NCBI RefSeq assembly: GCF_009834535.1
Contig: NC_045697.1
Coordinates: forward strand, 17,796,001-17,860,000
Direction: 5' to 3'
DNA from: Camelus ferus
Lineage: Eukaryota
Length of the DNA: 64,000 bases
This document shows, piece by piece, positions 53,150-64,000 of the stretch (its first letter is position 1; each line of letters starts with the position of its first letter). The notes below the pieces were generated by a model. The model was not told where the DNA came from. It saw nothing but the letters and a program-made list of their open reading frames with translations, and did no database searches. A program made the translations under genes and the position numbers.

Positions 53150-55270
53150 AACCAATAACCCCAGTATAACCATGAGAAATTATCAGACAAACCCCAGTTG
53201 AGGAACATTCTAGAAAATACCTGACCAGTACTCCTCAAACCTGTTACAATTGTGGAAAAAAGAAAATCTAAGAGATTGCTGTAGAACAAAGGAAACTAAG
53301 GAGATAACGATAACTGAATACATTGTGGTTTCCTGGATTGAGTCCTGGAACAGAAAGAGGGCATTTGTGAGAAAAACCAGAGAAATCCAAATAAAAGTCT
53401 GAAGTATGCTCAACAGTATGTGTCAACATTGATTTATCGGATTTGACAAATGTATTATGGTAATATATTAATGTTAGGAGAAGCTAGGTGAAGGATACAT
53501 GGAACCCTTTCTATCTCTCTATATCTAAAATTATGTCAAAGATAAAAAGGTTATTTTTTTAAAAAATGAAGGAGGTATTTTCAGACAAAAACAGAAGATT
53601 TTCAACAACAGAACACTACTAAAGGAGATGCTAAAGAGTATCCTTAAGGCAAAAAGTACAAGGTTCCAGATGAGATGTCAAAGATGCAAGAAGGGATAAG
53701 GAGCAACAAAAATGACAGGTAAATATATGGATGAATCTAGGTTGATATTATCTATATAAAGAAATATAGGAATGTGTTGAGGGATTCAACTATATAGAGA
53801 ACTAAAGTACATGGTTGACATTTAAGTAGGGAGGAGCTAAACAGAATAAATAGAGTTAAAGTGTTCTGAGAGTTTTGTAATCATAGAGTGGCCCATGAAT
53901 TTACAGAAAGTGGAATCTTGGCCCTCTCCCCAGACTTACTAAATAAGAATTTTCATTTTAACAAGACCCCTTATTCATATACACATTTAAGATTTAGGAA
54001 ATGCTGTTCCAAAGGGAATAAAAGTACCCATTGATATTAGATTTTTGGAAATCTAGAATTTACTTTATAATCTCCAGGGTAACCAATAAAGGTCCAAACA
54101 ATTGGGTAATTTCCAATCTAACATGGGGGAAAGTGGAATAATAAAAAACAATCAATACAAAATAAGGCAGTAAAGGAAGAAATAGAACAGGTAGGACACA
54201 TAGAAACTATATTAAATATAAGTGAGCTAAATATTCCCTTTAGAAGACAATAACTATTAGAGTAGATTTTTTGAAAGAATTATGTGCTCTGTACTGAGAC
54301 CACATCTAAAACAAAAGGCTATACAAAGATTTAAAATTGAAAACAAGAGAATGGGAAAAGATAAATCATGCAAATACTAACAAGAAGAAAACTGACATAG
54401 ATTTTTAATATTAGGCAAAGTAGACTTTAAGGCAAATGGCATTACTAAACATAAAGAGGAGTATTTCATAATGATGAGGTTCCATTCACCAGGAAAATAT
54501 AATAATCCTAAATATGTATACACCTAATAACATAATTTCAAAATGTGTAAGTCAAAACTGACAAAAGAAAAAGCAGATAAATCTATAGTCATTCTGAGAT
54601 TATTATAAAACATCTTTTAGGAACTAATAGAACAAGTTAACACAAAAAATTAGTAAAGATAGAGAAACACCATGTTTAGTAAACTTGACCTAGTGGTTTT
54701 TCATAGGGCCCTCCACCCAACAACTGTAGAGCTATACATTCTTTTCAAGGTCACAGGGAATATTTACCAGAATTGACTACATCATGAGGCATGAAATAAG
54801 ACAACAAATTACAGAGCAGTAAAATTATGTCCATCCTCTGACACAATGCACCTAAGCTAAGAATCAATGACAGAAACCATTTTGGAAATTAAGCAATATT
54901 TGGAAATTAAGCAATATTCTAAGTAATCCATATGTCAAAGAAGATGTTGTAATAGAAATTAGAAAGTATTTTGAACTGAATGATAATAAAAATATCACAT
55001 ATCAAGACTTATAGGAAGCAGCTAACACCATGCTTAGGGAGAAACATGTGACTAAAAGCAAAAGAAGAAGGAGAATGGAATGGAAAATACATATAGTAGA
55101 AAAGAAAAAAAAGGCTAAACCTTTCTCAGCTAAGATTTTTATCTCAAGAATTAGTAAAAGAATAGAAAACAAACCTGCAGAAAATAGAAGGAAAGATATA
55201 ATAAAGATAAGGCCAGAAATTACAGAAACAGAAAACAAAGAGAGATTAGCAATAGTGGTTTCTATGAAAA
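53150..55270 (+). mobile_element. Old L1 fragments (3' end piece, then ORF1 end and ORF2 endonuclease region), with a MER5-like insert near 53880-54010
   Basis: ggcaaagtagactttaaggcaa..taaagagg..tttcataatgat..aatatgtatacacctaataac (L1 EN-like); frames disrupted. Confidence 0.75.
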
Positions 55271-55558
55271 AACTAAAGGTGAGGTTGGAAGGAGGGTCCA
55301 GGCCAGAGGCCAGGGAAACTGCAAGAACGCACTGTATGGGGAGATGGATGTGCAGCCAGTGGTCAGGGAGGGAGAAAAGCGGCCGGATTTTCAATGGGGA
55401 TTTAGAAGTGAAAAGTTGTACACTGTAGAGGAAACCCTCATCACCCACCTCCCTATGAAACACTTGATAAAATATTCTGCTTGTTAATCCACTGTGGGAT
55501 AGGATCTATTTGGGGGAGGCCTTGAAGCCCTAAATCCTGCTGTAAGCATGGGTGCAGA

Positions 55559-56664
55559 TGAGACAGGATGGAAGGGGGCAGGGCACAGCCACTCAAGGAA
55601 TGACAGCAATTTAACACAAGAATGGTAGAAGATTCAACTCCCAGTTGGCCTTAAGGATTAAGAGGTTTGACTTCTAGTAGACCTTGAGCTTCATTATATG
55701 CTCATTGTAACAGCATGATCAGTAACATGCCCACAGGAGCCATGACAGCCCCAAGGCTAACCGCAAAAGGCCAAAGAATGGGCAGTGGCCCAATTCCTGG
55801 TAATCTCAGCCCCTTCCCCAGTGCAGTTTGAATGATCCCACCTGTAGGCATGTGAAGCTACTGAGACCATAAAAGCTGAGAACACCATGCCTAGTGGGTT
55901 TTTTTCACTCCCTCCCCTTCAGAGATGGCCCACACTCTTATCTATGGAGTGTGTACCTACTTTTACTTTAACCTGAGCACCCAATTCCTACACCTCTTTC
56001 CTTGTCTTTCTCTTGCCTTACACTCTATGCAGTATGTATCTCTCTAAGTAAATCTGTTACGGAAACAACAGGCCAGTCAAGAAACAAGCACCACCCGGAG
56101 GGTTGGAGTACTCAGATGTATTACGCCCGCGGGCTCAGAGGGGCTTCTGCTCCGAAGCTCTGAGCACCTTCAAGATGTGCACATGAGGTTTTATAGGGTA
56201 AAGTACAAGCTTGGGGTATTAGGCCAATAGGCATGGAATAGCTTTAGCGGCATTATCATCACAAAAGTGGAGGCGGGGAGGCAGCAAACCAACATTCCAA
56301 AGCCAGATATGTATCTTTGAAAACCCAGCTGGCTAGCAAAAATCATGAACAGCAAACCAACACTAATTAACCTAGATTTACAAGTTAGTCTAGCAGAACT
56401 CAGATCAGTATTCCAATACTTAGATTTGTGAGTTATCTTGTTAGCCCAGCCCAGCCTCTCCTTCACATTCCTAGACTTGTGAGTTATCTTGTTAGACCAG
56501 CCCGGCTTTTCCTTCACAAATCTACCTTTACTCAATGGTGGCTCGCACTTGAATTCTTTCCTGCGCGAAGCCAAGGGCCCACACCTGGTGGGGCACATCC
56601 CAGGGACTCAACCAAGACCTGGGACACAGCTCTCCTCATGCCTCACATCTGTTTTCCTGCATCA
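55559..56664 (+). mobile_element. Solo ERV1 LTR (MER41-like), interrupted by a second LTR
   Basis: TG...CA termini, 4 bp TSD caga (55555-55558, 56665-56668); ccatgacag and ctcgcacttgaattctttcctgcgcgaagccaag motifs resemble MER41. Confidence 0.8.
56055..56518 (-). mobile_element. Solo ERV LTR nested in the MER41-like LTR
   Basis: TG...CA termini, 4 bp TSD aatc (56051-56054, 56519-56522); TATAAAA on the minus strand near 56189-56195. Confidence 0.85.
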
Positions 56665-57239
56665 CAGAGAGAAATAAAGGCAACTCAAAACTATCTGGTC
56701 CCTTCAGATACACATGCTGCTCTGAGGACTTAACCTGCAGTAGCTCATCCAATCCTCCCAGCAACCCTATTAGGCAGGTAGTGTTATCTTCACCCCATTT
56801 TACAGCTGAAGAGGCTAAGGCTCAGAGAAGCCAGGTGAGACTGCAAGGTTAGTCAAGGGAAATAGCCAGGATTCTGACGGGGCTGTCTGTGCTCTTAACC
56901 AACCCCTCCTCCCCACACGCTTTCAGAGCCAAGAGGCAGTGCCTGGACCAGGCTTTAGGTAGGTAAACATGCAGCCTCAAAGTTGTGTCCAGTGGGATGT
57001 GGATGGAGCAAAAAGAATATTGCCAGAAGGGGAGAAAGGACAGCTTACCAAAGAATTATTAGGTCTTAAAGCCTATTAAACTTTATGATTCGGAAAAGAC
57101 CCCACCATATTGGTATCAGGATTCCTTGGTGCTGAGCCCGGATAGCACCTGAAAACCTAGAAGGCATCATAGGCTTCTGCACTCACAGCTCATCTATCAA
57201 TAATCTTTTCATGCCTCACCCCATCCCTTTCTCTCCATC

Positions 57240-57800
57240 TTCCCCTCTGCCACCTAGTCCAGGCCTGTCATCAACCTTACACAACTGCAAATACAATCCA
57301 GACTCCTTATCTTGACTGACAGGCCCTCCAAGGTCTGGTCCCTGCTGACATGAAGTACTAGCCTCCTCCTCCTCTAGCCTGTGGGCTCCCATTCCACTGA
57401 ACTCCTTGCAGACCCTGGAACACACCAAATTTTTCCTTTCCCAACTCAGGACCTACCCACATGCTGTGCCTGCCGCCTCAAATGATCTTCCCCTCCTCAG
57501 TTTGCATGGTTGGCTCCTACTTTTCCTTCAGTGTAAATGTCACCTCCTCTGAGAAGCCTTCCCGGATCACCTTGTCTAGGTAGGAACCTAGTTTGAAGTA
57601 AATGCTCTATATGTTCACTTAAAATTCTTTTATGTGTTGGTTGCTTGTAATGTCTAGAATGGAAGCTTCTGGAAGATGAGAACCTTGACTGTTTATTCAC
57701 CTACTCTTCCTAAGCATTCACTGGCTGGCTCAGCTTCCTTCCTTAGCACAGTATCTAGCATATGGTAAGCATTCACAAACAGTTCTGAATGAATAAATGA
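57240..57800 (+). mobile_element. L2 3' fragment
   Basis: aatgtcacctcctctgagaagccttcc..tagaatggaagct..tagcacagtatctagcatatggtaagc..tgaatgaat. Confidence 0.7.
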
Positions 57801-58949
57801 TAAGAATGGGTCCCAAAGATGGCTTATCATTTGGTGGTTGCTGAATGAACCCAGATGTGGAGAGAAACAAGTGAGCAGGGACCAGAGACAAATAGGTGAC
57901 ACCTCGTGTGATTGCGGGTATTTCAAATTAAGGAGATATTTTTCAAAGACAGCTGCAAATAGGCAAATAATGACCACATCACTTTGTCATTCCACTCACA
58001 TGTGCTCTAAAATGTTTAGGGTTGGGGAAATGACAAGTCTCACGTAGCATGGCAGGATCTGGCTGTCATCAACCTCATTAAAGAGAACTCATAAGCAATT
58101 TGAAGCAAAATAACTTCCACACCAATGTCAAGCTTCAAAGAGCAGTTGGAAGGAGGAAGTGAGGGAATAGTAGAATCAGTAAGTACGTTGTTTAGAAAAG
58201 TCTCCTTGTGGTTAAGAAAAAAAGAGAAAAATGTGGTAATTACATTTTGCTAAGACTCAGAATTCAGAGAGCCTGGTCTCGCCTTCATCTCTACTTCAGA
58301 TGGGGAGAGATGAAATGAAAGTAGAAGTGGATGTAGCAGAAGGTAATTTAAGGCCTTCCCCGGGATGAGTAAAGCAGTGCTCTCTCCAGAGGGAGGAGGA
58401 GTGGGTAGAGAAAGCTTCCTCCAAGCAGTAAAACTGCGAGGTAGTTACAATTCCCCGGAAAAGCAGGAGCGGGAGGAAAGTGACAGGAGACTTGTCGGAG
58501 CCTGTGAACTGGCCCGGAGCCTGGCGCCCGCTGACACTGGAAAGAGAGTTTCAGAGGCCCTTGACTTAGAGTGATGGCGGGCAGGGGAGCAGTGATAGAG
58601 GCAGTGGGTGGCTGGTGGTCAAGTAGTGGTGAGGAGGTGACCTCTGGAATCAGGCAGGTGGAGTTCAGAGCTTCGCTGGCTCCTCTTCTTCCTCCAGCAT
58701 GAATATGTGCAAATTACCCAACCTCTCTAGACCCCAGCTCCTTCCTCTGTGAAAGGGACACGATAATAGTGAGGGGAAGCCCATGACAGATGGAAAGGCC
58801 CAGCCCTGTGCTGGCACAGAGGGAGCACGCAGCAAATGGGAGACCGTGATCTCCGCTGCTGCAGCTAGTTGTGGCCATGAAAGTGAATAAGTCACTTTAC
58901 CCTAGATGTGGAGAGTGTGGACCAGCTGGCTCAGCCTCCTTCTCACGGG

Positions 58950-59545
58950 CCTTACCCAAAGCTGGACAACTGCAAACTACGTTCGTCGGACTCCCAACTA
59001 GCACTCTAGAAACAAATTAAGTTTAGCCGATTAGATGTACTTGCCTGAGACTTAGAAGGTGGAGGGCATTTCCTGTTTTGTTTTGTTTTTTTAACTGTTT
59101 ATTGTTACTGAGAAGCAAGGCAGTAGAGATATGAAATTTTTGGCCTTTCAGAGTCCATTCTCCAGCCTTCTTGGTGTCCAGAGGCAGAGGTAGTGTGGCT
59201 TTTTTTTTAATTGAATTATAGTCAGTTTACAATGTTGTGTCAATTTCTGGTGTACAGCATAATGTTTCCATCATATTTATATATACATATAATCATTTTC
59301 ATATTCTTTATCCAATGTGGCTTCCTCAGCTCTGGGTTCCTGACATCAGTAGCCCTGGCAATGGCCCGGGAGCTGTTAGCTCCCCTGGTGGGTCAGTTCT
59401 GCAGTGTTCTAGGAGGCATTTCTAGAGGCCCAGTCTAGAGTCCACACCCCCAGACCGCCCAGTGATTTTGTAACACCTTATTCCCTTCAGAGTTAAAATA
59501 TCTCTAGCTATGTCTGCTTCCTGCACTCAGTCCTGACTGCTATAC
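58950..59545 (+). mobile_element. ERVL LTR (LTR16-like) with a short L1 3' end inserted at 59202-59315
   Basis: ctgcaaactac.. start region and cagtgattttgtaacaccttattccc..ttcctgcact..cctgactg end; L1 piece flanked by TSD tgtggctt. Confidence 0.6.
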
Positions 59546-60629
59546 TGTTTGCATTTCTTTCCTCCACAATCTCTAAGTCTACCACATTTTTCACAAGTGA
59601 AAAAAATTTTTATAGCATCGTCCACTTCACCTGATAATATTCTTTTTCCTGAGTTATTCACACCTATAGAAAGATTGACCAACTACCACATCCCTAAGTA
59701 ACTAAGCCTAAGGCATTGTCATCCACTGGTGACAGCTGTCCAAATTGCTATTGCGATGCTGGAGAGGGAATAATCAGAGTCAGAAGAACCAGAGTAGAGC
59801 AGTCTTGACAATCCCAAACCAAGAAAGGGGAGCCCAATCAATACTGATGTATTTATGGAGTACTGAAAATGGAGACACTGAGAGAGAATAATTTCTCCAC
59901 TGTTACTCAAGAGAGATGGAGCATTGATGACTCAATATGAGTCTTCCTGTCGGCTTGGCAGATTTAGCCTTTTTATTGAGAATGACTCACTATGCTTCAT
60001 TGGTGACTGTATTACTTAAAAATAGCCACTCCCTTTGCAATGGACTCAAATCCTTTTCAAAAGGAGGCAGGAAATAAACACACTCTGCAACCTTTTCATA
60101 TTAATTTGGTTTTCCTATTGAGAAAAGATCATGCTGGCCATCTGACACCTGTGCTGGTATGGTTGTAACTTCTCTATCTCCCCAGACACTAATGAATTAG
60201 CATTCTAGAATTTTCTTCAGCTTTTTGTGAGTCTGGAATCACTTATCAATGATTCAGTTCTACAGAGCCTGAAAACTGTTGTACAGAGAACTGAGAACAA
60301 TTTGTGAACCTCTAGATCTGAGTCAAAATCTGAGCTTATCTCTGTGAGAAGTCCATTAACCCTGAGACTTTCTTCTACCCCCAAAGCCTGACTTGCATTC
60401 CCAAGTGGACAAACACATAGTCTTTGCTCAATTCTTAATTATCTGCACATGGCTTATTCAAAATCATTTATTTTCATTCCACTGGGGCACTGATTGAAAA
60501 GGCCAGGCTCTTGAGTTCAAGAGATATGGGTTCAAATCCTGATCTTTGGCTTCTTGGCTCTGTAATCTTGGACAGGTTACTTTACTTCTCTGTGTTTCAC
60601 TTTACTAATCTGTAAAAGGAAGCAATAAG

Positions 60630-61410
60630 AATGGCCAACAGACATGTGAAAAGATGCTCAACATTGCTAATCATTGGGGAAATCCAAATCAAAACCACCA
60701 TGAGATATCACCTCTTGCCTGTCAGAATGGCTATCCTCAAAAAGAACACAAATAACAAATGTGGAGAAAAGGAAGCTCTTTTCACTGTTAGTGGGAATGT
60801 AAATCAGTGCAGCCACTGTGGAAAACAGTATGGAGGTTTCATAAAAGACTAAAAATAGAACTACCATATGACTCAGCAATTCCACCCCTGGTATATATCA
60901 AAAAAAAACCTCCCACTAATTCAAAAAGATACATGCACCCCAGTGTTCATAGCACTGTTATTTAGAATTGCCAAGATATGGAAGCAACCTAGGTGTCCGT
61001 CAACTAATGAATGGATAAAGAAGATGTGGTAGGTATAGACAGTGGAATACTACTCAGTCATAAAAAGAATGAAATTTTGCCATTTGCAGCAACATGGATG
61101 GACTTGGAGGGCATTATGCTAAGTGAAATAAGACAAATACTGTGTGATATCACTTATATGTGGAATCTAAAAATACAACACACTACTGAATATAACAAAA
61201 AAGAAGCAAGTTCACAGGTAGAGTAAACTAGTAGTTACCAATGGGGAGAGGGTATAAGGATATATTGTACAACATGGAGAATATAGCCAATATTTTATAA
61301 TAACTATAAATGGAGTATAACCTTTAAAAATGTGAATCACCATATTGTACACTTATAACTTATATAATATTGTATACCAACTATACATCAATAAAAACAT
61401 TTTTAAAAAG
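60630..61410 (+). mobile_element. 5'-truncated L1 (ORF2 C-terminus plus 3' UTR)
   Basis: ORFs [34 protein letters not shown] and KKNEILPFAATWMDLEGIMLSEI match the L1 ORF2 C-terminus; AATAAA near 61390. Confidence 0.92.
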
Positions 61411-61819
61411 AATACTTAATTTTTAACGGGATAAATCAATCAGTAAATAGTAGCATTCCATAAATAATAGCAATTGAGATTATTTACTGGATATGTCACA
61501 GGAATGCAAAGATGAGCAAGCCACAATCAAAACCCTTTAGAAATATCTAATCTCATAAGAGAGGATGCAACCTGTATATAAGTAACCATAAGCGTCTGAA
61601 TGAGATATGCCATATAACCCAAGATCCCATCCAACTTAGACAACAAGCTTAAGGAGGACGTACCATTTGAAAGTGGACCAAGTCTCTGCGCAAAGATAAG
61701 TAGAAAGCGTGTTCCAGGAGGAGGACAGTAAAAGAGTAATAGTGTTAGAGATAAACATTAGCCTGATAGGCCTTTCAGTGGGTAGCAGGGTGGACCTTAA
61801 AGGCCAACTTGAACTTGAA

Positions 61820-62290
61820 TAGTCAGATTGCAAAGGCAGCCACAGGTGCTTCCCCCACCAGCATCCACAACTTAGGTAATTCTATCCCACACTGACACTG
61901 GACTTGGTCATTACAACTTGCTTTGACCAATGGGCTGGATGGTAGCAAATGTAGTTCAGGTGGAGGCATAAGTGCTTGCACATTTGGGCTGACCCATGCT
62001 GCACATGCAATCTTTCCGCCACCATGTGAACAAATCTTTAGCCAGTTGGATGATGATGAGAAAGATGTAATCCAATTCCCTCCACTGCCCAAGTCAACAG
62101 TCAGCACTGCCAGGGGAAAAGCAGCCTAGTCCCCTGCAGCTGGCCAGAGATCTAAGCATGAGCTCAGTCAACACTAGCAAAAGAGTCGCTCAGCTGGGCC
62201 CAAGCCAACGAACTGTGAGCAAAATAACGGTTGTTGTTTTAAGCCACTGCACTTGGCCTGATTTGTTAAGTAGCAAAAGCCTGCTGATAA
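61820..62290 (+). mobile_element. MaLR LTR (MLT1H/I-like)
   Basis: acttgctttgaccaatgg and gttgttgttttaagccactg..tttgtt..gtagcaa end. Confidence 0.65.
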
Positions 62291-62846
62291 TGGGAGTCAT
62301 TAAAAGGTAGGGGTAGGCGAATGATGTGAACAAATATGATATGCTATCCAGATAGATGTATACTTAGGAAATTGTAGGCATATCATAAATATTAGATTAA
62401 GCCAAATAATTATTAATGTAAATTTCCTTCAAAATAAAGAAGTTGACGAATAATTACTGAGTGTGGAAGGTTCATGATATTCTACACCCTTGCTACTCAA
62501 GGTGTTGTCTGTGGGCCAGAGGCATCAGCATTACCTGGAGCTTATTGGAAAAACATAATTTAGGCTCCACACCAGACCTATTGAATCAGAATATGAATTG
62601 CAACAACATCCCCTGGAGATTCTCTGGCACTATGAAAATTTGAGAAGCACTATCCTATTCTGAAAATGCAAACTGAATCCACATTGAGCATTCACCTAAA
62701 CTTTCCTATTCTGGTCAGATATTTTTACTTCTTTAAATGCTTTAATATACCTTCCTTCCTGCCTGCTCCTTACCATAGCTTTAGTTAAAGCAACCCCCAC
62801 CCCTCCAAAAAAAACCACCTTTATCCTTTGAAGTTGTATTCTCAAG

Positions 62847-62850
<4 letters not shown>

Positions 62851-62887
<37 letters not shown>

Positions 62888-62892
62888 TGTGT
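62851..62892. repeat. (TG)n microsatellite
   Basis: About 20 TG units with one interruption. Confidence 0.95.
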
Positions 62893-64000
62893 TCTTGGGA
62901 ACTTTGACTAGGGCCCAATAAATTAAACTGCTTTTCCCATCCAAGTTTTGAACCAATTGAGAAATAAGACAAAAGATGAGGCAGACAGAGGCCAAAATAT
63001 CCTCCTTAACTCTGATAAAGTCTAGGTTAGAGGCACTGCCAAATGGGTTCCTCTCCAGCATCCAGCATCAACCAGAGTAAACCATAATGAGTGCTGGCCC
63101 AGGGCAGTCCCTCCAAAGAGAAGGAAGAAGGCCTGGCTGGAGGGAGGGGTGGGAGTGAGTGAGGGGCTGGAGAATCACCTGTACAGAAAAGAAACACTGG
63201 GGATGGAGATAGGTATGTGTGTGGTGGTGCTGATAAGAGAGCTGTTTTCTATAACACGTGGACATCATAATTGCTTAGAAGTTTCTTAAGAGCCAAATTC
63301 TTTAGAAACGATCTTTAAGGATGTTTGATTGATGGTGTGGTCTTCTGTGAAAATGAAATAATGAAGATTATAATTTGTGACTTTTAAAAAATGGTAACAG
63401 AGTTTAGGCTGAATAGTAATGATAACAAGGAATATGTTTGAAAGATTAGGAATAAGAATAGTGCCAAAACTGAGGTGAAAGAAAAGCAATGTAGATTTGG
63501 GGAAGCAGGAATTTATTTATGGAGATTGATATTTGACCCAGGAGTGGAGAAAACAATGACTTATATATTGTGCCATACCTTGAGTTGCCCTAAGACACTA
63601 CACTATTACTATTACTAATTATCATGATAAGCTTGGTTAAGCTTTTTGAGTACTTATGTATTGAACTATAAGAGATGAACCTACTGTTCAGTACTGAACT
63701 ATAAGAACAATATTTTATCTAAACCTCTTATCAAATCAGCGAGGTCAGTATTTTTATTACCAGTGTTCTCATTTTGTCGATGAGGACATCAAGACTTAGA
63801 AACGTTAATAACTCATCCAAGGTCACACAACTAGTAAATGGCAGAGCAAGGATTCAAACCCCCATCACCAGTTTCTTCTTTCAACCTTGTCCCTTTTATC
63901 CTTGTTTTATGGTCATATATATTTGTTACCTTCTTTTAAAATAACTTTTTATTATTTCTATCTCAAGTGCAATGCATTTTGGTTATATTTCTGAAAAATT

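Noticed and set aside
55002..55463. ORFs of 132 and 153 aa
   Set aside because: Derived from decayed L1 ORF2 sequence and its antisense, running into unrelated DNA

Overview
Mammalian genomic DNA, most likely a camelid (camel/alpaca/llama). The species call rests on tRNA-Ala-derived Vic-1-like SINEs and the absence of recognisable Alu or Bov-type repeats. The window holds one complete protein-coding gene, SEPSECS (Sep-tRNA:Sec-tRNA synthase, SLA/LP). It lies on the minus strand in 11 coding exons with GT-AG junctions, from ATG 47389 to TGA 16269-16271, and the spliced CDS is 1515 nt (504 aa). It has a roughly 4 kb 3' UTR and a CpG-island promoter that looks bidirectional. The rest is intergenic or intronic DNA rich in L1, L2, MIR, MaLR/ERVL, hAT and SINE repeats, plus a decayed ERV1 gag-pol provirus and an LTR nested inside another LTR. 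The most unusual signals concern UGA (the selenocysteine codon) in the gene that makes Sec-tRNA. A uORF ends in a UGA overlapping the main AUG and becomes in-frame with exons 3-11 if exon 2 is skipped, the CDS ends in tandem TGA-TGA, and the 3' UTR has a weak SECIS-like hairpin. These are hypotheses, not demonstrated functions. Comparisons to human/mouse SEPSECS and repeat family names come from memory, not database searches.
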